DNA of 64,000 bases, taken from assembly GCA_018714485.1 (NCBI GenBank), contig DVNJ01000031.1:61078-125077 (forward strand), written 5' to 3'. A program made the position numbers and the translations under genes. This document shows positions 34,244-47,295 of the stretch, one piece after another (positions within the stretch are counted from its first letter, which is position 1; each line of letters opens with the position of its first letter). Under the pieces are notes generated by a model. It worked only from the letters and a program-made list of their open reading frames with translations, was not told the DNA's origin and searched no databases. The stretch comes from Candidatus Caccalectryoclostridium excrementigallinarum. GTDB lineage: Bacteria; Bacillota; Clostridia; Christensenellales; UBA3700.

Positions 34244-36898
34244 ATGAACGTCGAAAAACCAAACCTCGATGAGCTCATCTCGAAGATGACCTTGGAAGAA
34301 AAAGCAAGCCTTTGCAGCGGACGCGACTATTGGACGACCAAGCCGATAGCCCGTCTCGGCGTACCTTCGGGACGCATGTCCGACGGCCCGCACGGACTGA
34401 GGTTGGAAAAAGAAGACAACGACAAGTCCATGAACGAGTCCTATCCCGCCACGGCGTTCCCGCCCGCGGTGACCTTTGCCAGCTCCTGGGACGTTTCGAT
34501 CGCCAAGCAGCTGGGCGAAGAGATAGCCGTCCAATGCCTCGATCAGGACGTCTCCGTGATCTTGGGACCTGGCGTCAATATCAAGCGCTCTCCCCTTTGC
34601 GGCCGCAATTTCGAATATCTCAGCGAAGACCCTTATCTGTCATCTCGCATGTGCGTTTCTTATGTCAACGGCGTGCAAAAGCACAACGTGGGCACTTCGG
34701 TCAAACATTTTTGCGTAAACAACCAGGAATCGCGCCGCATGACGATAAGCGCGGTCGTGGACGAGCGCGCCCTGCGCGAGATATACTTCCCCGCCTTCGA
34801 AAGCGCGGTCAAGGAAGCTCAGCCTTGGACGATAATGTGCTCGTATAACCGCATAAACGGCGTTTACGCTTCGGACAACAAGCACCTGCTCACCGACGTT
34901 TTACGCAAGGAATGGGGATTCAAGGGAATTGTCGTCAGCGACTGGAACGCCACCAACAACCGCGTCGAAGGCGTCAAGGCGGGGCTCGATCTCGAGATGC
35001 CTTATTCGGGCGGACTCACGGATAAATACATAGTCAAGGCGGTCAAAGCGGGCGAACTCGACGAAAAAGATCTCGACAAAACGGTCAAGAGAGTCCTCGA
35101 ATTCGTCTATAAATGCGCCTCCAATCAGCAAAGCGGCGTTGCGGCGGATTACGATCGCGCGCACCTGCTCGCCCGCCATATCGCCGAAAACTCGGCGGTC
35201 CTGCTCAAAAACGAGAACAAAGCCCTTCCCCTTGACGATGAGGCGGACATCGCCCTCATCGGCGAACTCGCGCGCACGAGCAGATATCAAGGCTCGGGAA
35301 GCTCGCGCATAAATCCCTATAAGCTCGTCTCGCTCACGGAGGCGATGACGGCGGAGGGCAAAAAGTTCGCCTTTGCGCCCGGTTACAGCGTCAACAACTC
35401 CAATCCCGATGAATCGCTCATCGCGGACGCGATCAAGCTCGCAAAGAGCAAAAAGATCGTCGTCGCCGCCATCGGTCTCACGGAAGACTACGAATGCGAA
35501 GGCTACGACCGCTCTCACCTCGATCTCCCCGCCGCGCAAAACAAGCTGATCGAAGCACTCTGTGCGGCTTGCGACAACGTGATCATCGTGCTCTACGGCG
35601 GCAGCCCGGTGACCATGCCCTGGATAGACAAAGTCAGCGCCGTTCTCAACGCCTACCTGCCCGGAGAAGCGGGCGGCGAGGCGGTTTGCCGCCTGCTCTA
35701 CGGAAAGGTCAATCCGAGCGGCAAGCTCGCGGAGACTTATCCGCTCGCGCTCGAAGACTATCTCGCCTCGCGCTATTTCGGCATGGGACCGCGCGTGGTC
35801 GAGCACCGCGAGAGCATTTATGTAGGCTACCGCTATTACGACAGTGCGGAAAAGCCCGTGCTCTTCCCCTTCGGCTTCGGTCTTTCTTACACGACTTTCG
35901 ATTATTCCGACCTGAAAATAGAGGGGAACAAGGTCTCCTTCACCGTCACCAACACGGGCGAGAGAGACGGCGCGGAAGTCTGCCAGCTCTATATCGGCGC
36001 GAAAAATTCCCGCGTTTTCAGGGCGAAAAAGGAATTGAAGCGCTTTGCGAAAGTCTTCCTCGAAAAGGGACAGTCCACGCGCGTGAGTTTCACGCTCGAC
36101 GACAGGTGCTTTGCTTTCTATAACACCGAGATCAACGATTGGTACGTGGAAAACTGCGACTATGAGATACTCGTGGGCGCAAGCTCGCGCGACATACGCC
36201 TCAAAGGTCTGTTCACGATAAGCACGCGCCCCGTCGCGCCCATGCCCGATTATGTGAGCAAATGCCCTTCTTATTTCGACATCGGCGCGCAGACGGAGAT
36301 AAGCGACGAAGAGTTTTCCCGCCTTTACGGCAAGCCTCTGCCCTCGAACGAACCCGCCAAACGCGGCGAATTCGATCTCACGACCACGCTCGGCGAATTG
36401 TCCTGCTGCCTGATCGGTAAGCTGATAATCAAGATAGCTCCCTCGGTCATCAAGGGACAGGTGGAAAATCCCGACATGACGACCATGCTCATGCTCATGC
36501 AGGGCATGAAGGAACTGCCCCTGCGCGGACTCATCGGCATCTCGGGCGGCATCGCAGACATCAAGGTCATTCGCGGCATGATGGAATGGGGCAACAGGCA
36601 TCGCCTCAAAGGATTTTTCCTCATCATCGCCGGGCTTTTCTCGACGATCGGGAACGTTTCCAAGCAAAAGGCGGAAAAGGCGTTAAAGCGCACGGAGCGC
36701 CGCGAAGCGCGCGAGGCGACAGCCCGCGCCAAGGCGGAAGCAAAGGCGAAAGCGGAAGCCGAAGCCGCGGCGGCAAAAGCGGAAAAAGCCGCAAAAAAGG
36801 CGGAAGTGAAAGCCAATTCCCCTTCGATGCGCGAGCGTTTCACCAATTTCTTCACGAGCGACGAGAAGAAAGACAAGCCGGACAAGAAAGACAAGTAA
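34244..36898 (+). CDS. GH3 beta-glucosidase (BglX-like), no signal peptide, with a ~200-aa C-terminal extension ending in an Ala/Glu/Lys-rich tail
   Basis: Start placed at MNVEKPNLDELISKMTLEEKASL (GGAGAG RBS). GH3 N-domain with nucleophile motif GIVVSDWNA, followed by the GH3 C-domain and a Fn3-like domain. The extra tail reads ...AKAEAKAKAEAEAAAAKAEKAAKKAE...KKDKPDKKDK. Confidence 0.9.
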   Translation: MNVEKPNLDELISKMTLEEKASLCSGRDYWTTKPIARLGVPSGRMSDGPHGLRLEKEDNDKSMNESYPATAFPPAVTFASSWDVSIAKQLGEEIAVQCLDQDVSVILGPGVNIKRSPLCGRNFEYLSEDPYLSSRMCVSYVNGVQKHNVGTSVKHFCVNNQESRRMTISAVVDERALREIYFPAFESAVKEAQPWTIMCSYNRINGVYASDNKHLLTDVLRKEWGFKGIVVSDWNATNNRVEGVKAGLDLEMPYSGGLTDKYIVKAVKAGELDEKDLDKTVKRVLEFVYKCASNQQSGVAADYDRAHLLARHIAENSAVLLKNENKALPLDDEADIALIGELARTSRYQGSGSSRINPYKLVSLTEAMTAEGKKFAFAPGYSVNNSNPDESLIADAIKLAKSKKIVVAAIGLTEDYECEGYDRSHLDLPAAQNKLIEALCAACDNVIIVLYGGSPVTMPWIDKVSAVLNAYLPGEAGGEAVCRLLYGKVNPSGKLAETYPLALEDYLASRYFGMGPRVVEHRESIYVGYRYYDSAEKPVLFPFGFGLSYTTFDYSDLKIEGNKVSFTVTNTGERDGAEVCQLYIGAKNSRVFRAKKELKRFAKVFLEKGQSTRVSFTLDDRCFAFYNTEINDWYVENCDYEILVGASSRDIRLKGLFTISTRPVAPMPDYVSKCPSYFDIGAQTEISDEEFSRLYGKPLPSNEPAKRGEFDLTTTLGELSCCLIGKLIIKIAPSVIKGQVENPDMTTMLMLMQGMKELPLRGLIGISGGIADIKVIRGMMEWGNRHRLKGFFLIIAGLFSTIGNVSKQKAEKALKRTERREAREATARAKAEAKAKAEAEAAAAKAEKAAKKAEVKANSPSMRERFTNFFTSDEKKDKPDKKDK

Positions 36899-36928
36899 GA
36901 AAAAACTCCGCCGAGGCGGAGTTTTTTT
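36899..36928. terminator. Bidirectional rho-independent terminator
   Basis: AAAAA-CTCCGCC-ga-GGCGGAG-TTTTTTT, between convergent genes. Confidence 0.8.
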
Positions 36929-36939
36929 GACCCTTTCTC

Positions 36940-37674
36940 TCAGACGGGGATCTCGTCCGTGGCGACCGTCTCCTCGCTCTCGCTCGCCGCGCTCTTGCGC
37001 GTCGAGATCACCTCTCCCGTCTTACTGTCTATGAGCGCCGCCCAATAGTCGTCTCTGTCGGCGATGAAGGAGACGAACCAATAATAGCCGCCCGCGGGAT
37101 CGTGGTCGTTGCGCACGAGTTTCACATACGTTTCGCGTCCGAAGCCGCCCGACGCCAAAGCCGCGTCAATGTCCTCTTTGAAGGTCTCGGCGGCTATTTC
37201 GAGCGCCCTGACGTTGTCTATCTCCGTGATCGCGTTTTCGAGCGCGACTTCCGCCGTCGTCTCGCCGTAGGTCACGGCGACGGAAAGTATCTTGCCGATA
37301 TTCTCCGCTCCCTGAAGCTCGGCGGTAAAAGTTACGCCGAAGTTATCTTTTTGCAAATTTCCCTGCAAGCTCCCCGATTCGCCCGTGAGCACATAGGCGT
37401 ATTCGTAATTGAGCATGGCGGGTTTGAGCGGGCGCAATGAGATATTCACGCTGTCCTTCTTCTCTCCCACCTTTCCGTCCGAGATGAACAGCTCTTCCTT
37501 GTTCACGCCCGTGACGCTCAGTTCGAGATCGTCCGTCTTGCCGAAATAAAACATATATTGGTCGTAGCTGAGGGTGTTCTTTATGTCGAAGCTCTCTTCG
37601 TCGCACGCCGCCAAACAAAAAGCCGCCGCAAGCGCGAGCAGTAAGACGACGGCGATAAGTATTCTTTTTTTCAT
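36940..37674 (-). CDS. Lipoprotein with a PepSY-like C-terminal domain
   Basis: Start placed at ATG (MKKRILIAVV) after an AGGAG RBS. Lipobox FCLAAC. C-terminus is YYWFVSFIADRDDYWAALIDSKTGEVISTRK. Confidence 0.6.
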   Translation of the reverse strand: MKKRILIAVVLLLALAAAFCLAACDEESFDIKNTLSYDQYMFYFGKTDDLELSVTGVNKEELFISDGKVGEKKDSVNISLRPLKPAMLNYEYAYVLTGESGSLQGNLQKDNFGVTFTAELQGAENIGKILSVAVTYGETTAEVALENAITEIDNVRALEIAAETFKEDIDAALASGGFGRETYVKLVRNDHDPAGGYYWFVSFIADRDDYWAALIDSKTGEVISTRKSAASESEETVATDEIPV

Positions 37675-37721
37675 ACGCACCTCCTGTGACGCTAAATCAT
37701 ATGACGGTGCGCGGGAATATA

Positions 37722-38354
37722 TTACTTGTTTTCTATCATGCTTTTGACTTTCATCAATCTGACCGTCGCCGCTCTCTCGTTTTCGTCAAGTTTCATCGTT
37801 ATGAAGCGAATGGTCTCTTCCGTCTGCGGGATCATGACATATTCGAGCGCGTTGACACGGCGGCGGTTCTTTTCTATCTCTATGGCGAGCATATTGCAGG
37901 TTTTTTCTATCTGCGCCAGCTCTATCATCTTTGACGCGAGCCTGCTTACGGTGAGAACGGAATCGTCGAGCTGCGCCGTCACCTGCGCAAAGGAATAGGG
38001 AAATTCCTCGCCGCCCTCTTCCCGTTCGATGCTCATTTTCGGCACGACGACGCTCATGAGATTATCCGTGTCGGCATTTATCTTCAACGCCGACGAGGGC
38101 ATGGCGAGCGCCTCTTCGATGACGTGATCTTCGCAGCACGCCCGCGCGAGCGCAAAGCCGCGCAGCGCGGACGCGAGCTCCTCTTCCACCTCTTCGCGCA
38201 GGCGCTTGTTCTCCTTGGCAAGTTCCACGAAACGGCGCACCATCTCGTCCGACTTGTCTTTGAGCATCTTATGCCCCTTGACAGCCGTGGCGAGCCTGCG
38301 TTTGAGGTTGCGCAGCTCCATTCGCGTGGGATTTACGTTCAGCCTTTCCGCCAT
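37722..38354 (-). CDS. ntpD: V-type ATPase subunit D
   Basis: 210 aa. [34 protein letters not shown]. Confidence 0.92.
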   Translation of the reverse strand: MAERLNVNPTRMELRNLKRRLATAVKGHKMLKDKSDEMVRRFVELAKENKRLREEVEEELASALRGFALARACCEDHVIEEALAMPSSALKINADTDNLMSVVVPKMSIEREEGGEEFPYSFAQVTAQLDDSVLTVSRLASKMIELAQIEKTCNMLAIEIEKNRRRVNALEYVMIPQTEETIRFITMKLDENERAATVRLMKVKSMIENK

Positions 38355-39757
38355 TATCTATCCTCTGCACTCGCGCGCGCCTCGAGGGCGGGACGATAAT
38401 ATTTTTCCAAAAATTCGTCCCTTACGCGCTTCATCTCGCTCTCGGGCAGCATCGCCAGCAGTTTCCAGCCCAAGTCGAGAGTCTCTTCTATGCTGCGGTT
38501 TTTGTTGAATCTCTGATTGAGATACTGCTTTTCGAATTCCTGCGCAAAAGCCGCATAGAGCCTGTCCGTGGGCGTGAGCGCCGCGTCTCCGAGCACGGCG
38601 GCGAGCTCCTTGGCGTCCTTGCCCTGCGCATATGCGGAAAACAGCTGGTTCATATTGTCCGAATGATCCTCTCTCGTCTTGCCCTTGCCTATGCCCTTTT
38701 GTTTGAGGCGCGAAAGCGACGGCAGCACGTCCACGGGAGGATTTATGCTCTTTTTATAAAGCTCCCTGCTCAAAATTATCTGCCCTTCGGTTATATATCC
38801 CGTGAGGTCGGGGATGGGGTGGGTCTTGTCGTCCTCGGGCATGGTCAGAATGGGGATCTGCGTTATCGAGCCTTTCTTGCCGATTATCCTGCCCGCGCGC
38901 TCATACATTGTCGCAAGGTCGGTATAGAGATAACCGGGATAACCTCTCCTGCCCGGGACTTCCTTGCGCGCCGCGGAGACCTCGCGCAAAGCCTCGCAAT
39001 AGTTGGTTATGTCCGTCATGATGACAAGGACGTGCATATCCTTTTCAAACGCCAGATACTCCGCGGCGGTGAGCGCCATGCGCGGAGTGGAAATGCGTTC
39101 CACGGCGGGATCGTCGGCGAGATTGATGAACATCACGCTGCGCTCGATCGCGCCCGTACGGCGGAAATCGCTCATGAAGAAGTCCGCCTCTTCATAGGTG
39201 ATGCCCATGGCGGCAAAGACGACGGCGAATTTTCCCGAATCGTCGAGCACCTTCGCCTGCCTCGCTATCTGCGCCGCAAGCTCGGCATGCGGCAGCCCCG
39301 ACATACTGAACACGGGCAGCTTTTGACCCCTGACGAGCGTGTTGAGTCCGTCGATCGCGGAGATACCCGTTTGGATAAATTCGTCGGGGAAGTCGCGCGC
39401 GGCGGGGTTTATCGGTCTGCCGTTTATGTCCAACCTCTGCTCGGCTATCACCGGCGCGCCGCCGTCCTTGGGACGCCCTAACCCGTCGAACACCCTGCCG
39501 AGCATATCTTCGCTCACGCCCAGCTCGAGGCTCCTGCCCAAAAAGCGCGCTTTCGAGGTGGACATCTGAATGCCCTGCGAGCTTTCGAAAAGCTGGACCA
39601 TGGCTTTGTCGCCGTCTATTTCGAGGACTTTGCCCAACCTCACCGAACCGTCGCGGGCGGCTATTTCCACAAGTTCGTCGTATTTGACCCCCTCGACGCC
39701 CTCGACGAGCATCAACGGTCCGACTATCTCTCTTATCGTCTTATATTCTTTCAGCAT
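38354..39757 (-). CDS. ntpB: V-type ATPase subunit B
   Basis: Start placed at [21 protein letters not shown] after a GAGGTGG RBS. Non-catalytic A/B-family nucleotide-binding fold. Confidence 0.95.
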   Translation of the reverse strand: MLKEYKTIREIVGPLMLVEGVEGVKYDELVEIAARDGSVRLGKVLEIDGDKAMVQLFESSQGIQMSTSKARFLGRSLELGVSEDMLGRVFDGLGRPKDGGAPVIAEQRLDINGRPINPAARDFPDEFIQTGISAIDGLNTLVRGQKLPVFSMSGLPHAELAAQIARQAKVLDDSGKFAVVFAAMGITYEEADFFMSDFRRTGAIERSVMFINLADDPAVERISTPRMALTAAEYLAFEKDMHVLVIMTDITNYCEALREVSAARKEVPGRRGYPGYLYTDLATMYERAGRIIGKKGSITQIPILTMPEDDKTHPIPDLTGYITEGQIILSRELYKKSINPPVDVLPSLSRLKQKGIGKGKTREDHSDNMNQLFSAYAQGKDAKELAAVLGDAALTPTDRLYAAFAQEFEKQYLNQRFNKNRSIEETLDLGWKLLAMLPESEMKRVRDEFLEKYYRPALEARASAEDR

Positions 39758-39765
39758 GTTCCACC

Positions 39766-41535
39766 TCACAAACTCACGAGCGCGTTTATCTCTTCCGTCA
39801 TCTGCTTTTCTATCTCTTCAAAGCGGCTCGTCTGTCTTTCGGGAATATATTTGCATCTGCCGATCGCCTCGCGGCTCTTGATCGCCAGCAGGTCGTCGAG
39901 ATCGGCGCCCTTTTCCAAGGCGCTTTTTGACAGGGTATAGCAATCGAGAATGAGCTTGAGCATGCGGAACTGCTTTTGCAGCGAAGCATAGGTGTCCACT
40001 TCGTTGAAAGCGTCCTGATGCAGATAATCTTCTCTGATCGACTTTGCCGTTTCCATGGTGAGCCTGTCCTCGGCGGAAAGCGCGTCCATGCCCACGAGCC
40101 TGACTATCTCGTTCAGTCCCGACTCTTCCTGCAAAATGCTCATGGCGCGGTTGCGGTACTCCACCCACTTGGAGTTGACGTGATCGTTATACCAATCGGT
40201 CATCTTGTCGCCGTAAAGCGAATAACTCGCTATCCAGTCGATGGCGGGGAAATGGCGCTTGTAGGCGAGCGCGGAGGAAAGTCCCCAGAACACTTTGACT
40301 ATGCGCAGCGTCGCCTGGGAGACAGGCTCGGAAAGGTCGCCGCCGGGAGGAGAAACGGCTGAGATCGCCGTGACCGAACCTATGCGGTTGTCCGTGCCGA
40401 GCGTGCGCACCACGCCCGCGCGCTCATAATAACTTGCAAGGCGCGAGGACAGATACGCGGGATAACCCTCTTCGCCGGGCATCTCTTCGAGCCTGCCCGA
40501 CATCTCGCGCAGCGCTTCCGCCCAACGGGAGGAGGAATCCGCCATGATAGCCACGTTATAGCCCATATCGCGGAAATATTCGGCAATGGTGATGCCCGTA
40601 TAAATGGACGCTTCGCGCGCGGCGACGGGCATATCCGAGGTGTTGGCTATGAGCACGGTGCGCTTCATCAGCGGCTCTCCGCTCCGCGGATCGACCAGCT
40701 CGGGAAATTCGTTGAGCACGTCGGTCATCTCGTTTCCGCGTTCGCCGCAGCCCACATAGACGATTATGTCCGCGTCCGCCCATTTGGCGAGCTGATGCTG
40801 AACGACAGTCTTGCCGCTGCCGAAGGGACCGGGAATGCATGCCGCGCCGCCCTTCGCCACGGGGAAAAAGGTGTCTATCACCCTCTGCCCGGAAATGAGC
40901 GGCATGGAAGGGGACATTTTGCCCTTGTAAGGTCTGCCTATCCTGACGGGCCATTTTTGCAGCATGGTGAGCTTTATCTCGCCCTTTTCGCCTTCGAGCA
41001 CGCACACGGTCTCGTCCACGGTGAAGGCGCCCTCTTTTATGCTCTTGACCTTTCCTTTGACCTCGGGCGGGACCATTATCCTATGCTCGACGACGCTGTT
41101 TTCCCTGACCGTGCCGATTATGTCGCCCGCCGCCACTTCGGCGCCCTTTTTCACGACAGGCTTGAACTCCCACTTTTTTTCATGGTCGAGCGCGGGCATA
41201 TCTATGCCTCGCCCTATCCTCTCTCCGCTCGCCTGCATGAGCTTTCTGAGCGGGCGCTGGATACCGTCGTAAATGCCTTCCAAAAGCCCGGGTCCCAGCT
41301 CGACCGAGAGGGGCGCGCCCGTCGAAACCACCTCTTCGCCGGGTCCGAGTCCGCCCGTCTCTTCATAGACCTGCACGGACGCCCTGTCTCCCCTCATCTC
41401 GATAACTTCGCCGATGAGGTTGCGCGAACTCACGCGCACGACGTCGAACATCTTGCAATCGTCCAACCCTTCGGCGACGATGAGCGGTCCCGCGACTTTA
41501 ACTATCCTGCCTTTTTTCTGCTTTGTCTGCGCCAT
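39766..41535 (-). CDS. ntpA: V-type ATPase catalytic subunit A
   Basis: Start placed at [18 protein letters not shown] (AAGGAAG RBS). Walker A motif GPFGSGKTV. Confidence 0.95.
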   Translation of the reverse strand: MAQTKQKKGRIVKVAGPLIVAEGLDDCKMFDVVRVSSRNLIGEVIEMRGDRASVQVYEETGGLGPGEEVVSTGAPLSVELGPGLLEGIYDGIQRPLRKLMQASGERIGRGIDMPALDHEKKWEFKPVVKKGAEVAAGDIIGTVRENSVVEHRIMVPPEVKGKVKSIKEGAFTVDETVCVLEGEKGEIKLTMLQKWPVRIGRPYKGKMSPSMPLISGQRVIDTFFPVAKGGAACIPGPFGSGKTVVQHQLAKWADADIIVYVGCGERGNEMTDVLNEFPELVDPRSGEPLMKRTVLIANTSDMPVAAREASIYTGITIAEYFRDMGYNVAIMADSSSRWAEALREMSGRLEEMPGEEGYPAYLSSRLASYYERAGVVRTLGTDNRIGSVTAISAVSPPGGDLSEPVSQATLRIVKVFWGLSSALAYKRHFPAIDWIASYSLYGDKMTDWYNDHVNSKWVEYRNRAMSILQEESGLNEIVRLVGMDALSAEDRLTMETAKSIREDYLHQDAFNEVDTYASLQKQFRMLKLILDCYTLSKSALEKGADLDDLLAIKSREAIGRCKYIPERQTSRFEEIEKQMTEEINALVSL

Positions 41536-41537
41536 GG

Positions 41538-41864
41538 TCAATCTTCCTTGTTAAACAATATATCCGTGCCTACGGCACGCTCCACGTCGGCTTTTATCCC
41601 CGACATTCCCAGCCCCGTCGTCCCCGACGAAGAAGGAATGGGTATCACGGTCGGATAAGCCTTACGCTTATATTTTTCCAAACTTTCCTTCATTCCCGCC
41701 GCCAGATCTTCCGTCACGAAAATGACGCAGTGATCCTTGGCGTGCTTTTTGAGCGCCGCTTCCGCCTGCTCGACGGTCGAGGCGGGAAAAACGTCCATGC
41801 CCGCGGCTTTGAAAGCGAGCACGATGTCTTTATCCCCTATCACCGCAGCCTTGTCGCTATACAT
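41538..41864 (-). CDS. ntpG: V-type ATPase subunit F (E. hirae NtpG equivalent)
   Basis: 108 aa. [37 protein letters not shown]. Confidence 0.85.
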   Translation of the reverse strand: MYSDKAAVIGDKDIVLAFKAAGMDVFPASTVEQAEAALKKHAKDHCVIFVTEDLAAGMKESLEKYKRKAYPTVIPIPSSSGTTGLGMSGIKADVERAVGTDILFNKED

Positions 41865-42822
41865 AAAACTCCCTCAGCCTCTCCTTGATGAGCGCCTTTT
41901 CCGCGCCTATCTTCAAGAGCGTCGTTATCATTTTCACCGCTTTTAGTTCGGACTTTTTCGCCACATAATAACCCGCGACGGGCGCCACGCCGAAAAGATC
42001 GTAGCGATCTTTCTTGAAGATCTCGAGCTGCTCGTCGTCCTTGCAAGCCTCAAAGCGGGCAAACGACTTCAAAGGGGCATATTCGCGTATCCCCCTGCCG
42101 ACGCAGGTATAGCTCAGTTTTTCGATCACGGTCTCGTCCGTCTCTTCCATGAGCGGCAGGAAGACGTCTATCCCTATCTCGCCGCCTGAGATGAAGGCGT
42201 CTTTGAATCCGCGTTCGCTCCCGCCCGACTTTCTCAGGCGCAGGAATATCTGCGTGTTGGCATAGTCTATCTCTATGCGCCAATATTTTTCTATGCTGCG
42301 CGCCTTTTTGCTCACGGCGAGAACGTGGGCGTACATCGCCTTGTCCAAGACCTCGTCGATATGCCTGCCGGAACGGGGCGCGGAGGCAAACGCCGCGTCT
42401 ATTTCGGCAAGCGCTTTCGCCATAAGATCGGGCAAGGCGCCGTATTCGTCGTTCATCACGGCGTCTTTCAGCGCGTCGACTTCCAAAGTTCCCGCGGGCG
42501 CGAGCATGAACGAGGCGTCCTCTATCCCCGCGTATTTCGCCTTCATGAGCGCCTTTGCATTGTGATAATCGTTGCGCAGCGCAAAAGACTCCAAGCCCTT
42601 TATCCCTTCCGCTTCCTTCATAAAGCGGGCGAGTTTAAGCTCTTCCGCCGCTATCATGGCGTCCACGCCGCCCTCACTCATATTGCCGAATCCGCTTTCG
42701 GCGAGAATTTTCAGCGCGTCTTCATATGACTCGGCAAAGACCATTCTCGTGATCTTCTCCGAGCCTAAAAGCGTGTTTTCCAGCGACCTTGCGATCGACG
42801 CGACATAGATGAGTTCGGACAT
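41857..42822 (-). CDS. ntpC: V-type ATPase subunit C (V0 d-like)
   Basis: 321 aa helical protein in the conserved operon position. AAAGGAG RBS. Confidence 0.8.
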   Translation of the reverse strand: MSELIYVASIARSLENTLLGSEKITRMVFAESYEDALKILAESGFGNMSEGGVDAMIAAEELKLARFMKEAEGIKGLESFALRNDYHNAKALMKAKYAGIEDASFMLAPAGTLEVDALKDAVMNDEYGALPDLMAKALAEIDAAFASAPRSGRHIDEVLDKAMYAHVLAVSKKARSIEKYWRIEIDYANTQIFLRLRKSGGSERGFKDAFISGGEIGIDVFLPLMEETDETVIEKLSYTCVGRGIREYAPLKSFARFEACKDDEQLEIFKKDRYDLFGVAPVAGYYVAKKSELKAVKMITTLLKIGAEKALIKERLREFYV

Positions 42823-43407
42823 TTATTCTCCTTTGAACAGCGCCTCGGCGACGAGCGTTTCGCAATCGCCGCGCAGCGCGCGCAGATCTTCTTCGAGAGT
42901 CAGGTTCTTGTCGTACTTCTCTCCCGAGAGGATAACGCCGCCGAGAAAATCTCCGCGCTCCTTGGCGAGCTTTATCTTCACTTTCGCGCTCTTGGCGATC
43001 GCGGCGACAAAAGCCGCCGTCACGACCTTTTCGTCGCTCTTTGCCGCGATCACCTCGTCGCCGTCCTCTGCGGCGGCGCTTATCGCTGCGGTGAGATAAG
43101 CCTTGTAAGCCTTCTTATCCCTTTTCAGCTCTTCTCCCGCCAAAGCGAAGACGTCGTCCAAGAGCGCGCTCTTGCAAGCGGAGATCTCACGCCTCGTGTC
43201 GAGGGCGTCCACTCCGCGCGAGCGCATGAGAATGAGCTGCCTTTGAGCGTCTTGGTCGGCGAGCATCTCGCGCGCATATGCCTCGGCTTTGCGGCGCGCG
43301 CTTTCCGTGAGCGCTTCCGCGCGCTCGCGGGCGGCGCTCTCTTCCGCCGCTGCCGCCGCTTCCGCGTCCGAGATTATCTTGTCGATAACAGCTTTCTTGT
43401 CGTTCAT
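42823..43407 (-). CDS. ntpE: V-type ATPase subunit E (peripheral stalk)
   Basis: 194 aa. Long N-terminal charged helix (AAAAEESAARERAEALTESARRKAEAYAREM) and a globular C-domain. Confidence 0.8.
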   Translation of the reverse strand: MNDKKAVIDKIISDAEAAAAAEESAARERAEALTESARRKAEAYAREMLADQDAQRQLILMRSRGVDALDTRREISACKSALLDDVFALAGEELKRDKKAYKAYLTAAISAAAEDGDEVIAAKSDEKVVTAAFVAAIAKSAKVKIKLAKERGDFLGGVILSGEKYDKNLTLEEDLRALRGDCETLVAEALFKGE

Positions 43408-43411
43408 CGTC

Positions 43412-45892
<2,481 letters not shown>

Positions 45893-45903
<11 letters not shown>

Positions 45904-46246
45904 ATTTTTCGCTCAATTTCCCCAATATTATTTTTACCGCTTCCGTCGAGTTTTCTTTGGCAAGCTCTTCAAGCCGCCTTTTTTCGCCCTCGCATTCCTC
46001 TTTCGCCGTAAGGCTCGCCTTGCCCGCGTCAAGCTCCGCGTCAGTTTTAAGCTGCCTGAGCCTTGCCGTCACGTCCTCTTCCGCGCGCGCCTCGATCGCG
46101 GCGGCTTCGGCTTCCGCCCGGGCGATCAGCCTCTTGCTCTCCGCCCTGCCGCGCTCTCTTATCTCCTCCGCCCGTGCCTCGGCTTGCAGGATATTCCTTA
46201 TCACTTCGCCCATGTCGGGCGCGTTCACTTCGACTTGCTTTCCCAT
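45893..46246 (-). CDS. ntpF: V-type ATPase small stalk subunit (G/H-like; E. hirae NtpF equivalent)
   Basis: 117 aa Ala/Glu/Arg-rich coiled-coil protein, first gene of the operon. Confidence 0.7.
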
Positions 46247-46247
46247 A

Positions 46248-46697
46248 TCACTTGAAATATTTTTCTTCGATCGCCGAGATCTTATCCACGCGCGACTGAT
46301 GCCGTCCGCCGCCGAAAGGAGTGTCGAGCCAAATGCCGACCATCTCGGCGGCCTGCTCGGGAGTCAATATCCTCCCGCCGAGGGCGATGATGTTCGCCTT
46401 GTTGTGCTCCGCGCTCATCGCCGCCGTGAACATGTCGTGGCAAACGGCGCAGCGTATCCCCTTCACCTTGTTCGCGGCGATGGAGATACCTATCCCCGTT
46501 CCGCACATGAGCACGCCCCTTTCGCAGGCGCCCGAGGCGACCTCTTCCGCGACAGCCAAGGCGTAATCGGGATAATCCACGGACGACGTGTCCGCGCAGC
46601 CCTTGTCGACTATCTCTATCCCTCTTTTTCTCAATTCCGCGATCACCGCTTCTTTGAGCGCGTAACCGCCGTGATCGCATCCGACCGCTATTTTCAT
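46248..46697 (-). CDS. rpiB: Ribose-5-phosphate isomerase B
   Basis: 149 aa. MKIAVGCDHGGYALKEAV ... LMCGTGIGISIAANK. Confidence 0.93.
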   Translation of the reverse strand: MKIAVGCDHGGYALKEAVIAELRKRGIEIVDKGCADTSSVDYPDYALAVAEEVASGACERGVLMCGTGIGISIAANKVKGIRCAVCHDMFTAAMSAEHNKANIIALGGRILTPEQAAEMVGIWLDTPFGGGRHQSRVDKISAIEEKYFK

Positions 46698-46719
46698 AAG
46701 CCCTCCGTATTATACATCA

Positions 46720-46748
46720 ATTATATCATGAGAAAGAAAATTATGCAA
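46720..46748 (-). promoter_or_regulatory. Sigma-A type promoter for rpiB and the ntp operon
   Basis: Minus strand TTGCAT-17 nt-TATAAT. A second TGtATAAT lies 3 nt further downstream, and a GGAGGG RBS precedes the ATG. Confidence 0.6.
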
Positions 46749-46842
46749 TACTCGTAATGCGGCAAAATTCTGCCCTTTGTCGATTAAGAGACTTTTTTGC
46801 CCTCATATGGCAATAACTTTGAAAAATTTTTACCTTTGCGCT

Positions 46843-47295
46843 TTAATTCCCGAGAGAAAATCTGCCTTTGAGATAAGAGATCAGATATTCGACGGCTTTT
46901 TCCAGCGTGGCGGCGCACTTGTCGTAAACTTCCTCGTCCCCGCCGTAAGGATCGATAATGTCCCCGAAGGGCGCGACCTCGCAAAAAGCGACCAGCTTTT
47001 CGTCGTCGACCACCGTGGCGAGCGCGGCGCGCTGCTGCCAAGTCATCGTGACGATGAGATCGCTCTCGTCGATAAGGCGGGGCGTAACGGGCTGAGATGT
47101 GTGAGAAAATCCGCTTATACCAAGCTTTTTCAGCGCCTCGATCGCCTTGGGGTTCACTCTTTCGCCATAGGTCATCATGATTGCGGCGCTGTCGGCGGTT
47201 ATGTCGAGCCTTTCCTCTTTCGCCTTGCGCTGCAAAATTGCCTGCGCCATCGGCGAACGGCAGGTGTTACCCGTGCAGACGAATAAAACTTTCAT
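46843..47295 (-). CDS. ywlE: Low-molecular-weight phosphatase, YwlE (protein arginine phosphatase)-type P-loop
   Basis: 150 aa. MKVLFVCTGNTCRSPMAQ (C-x5-R loop with Thr at the position reported to favour phospho-arginine). Confidence 0.75.
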   Translation of the reverse strand: MKVLFVCTGNTCRSPMAQAILQRKAKEERLDITADSAAIMMTYGERVNPKAIEALKKLGISGFSHTSQPVTPRLIDESDLIVTMTWQQRAALATVVDDEKLVAFCEVAPFGDIIDPYGGDEEVYDKCAATLEKAVEYLISYLKGRFSLGN

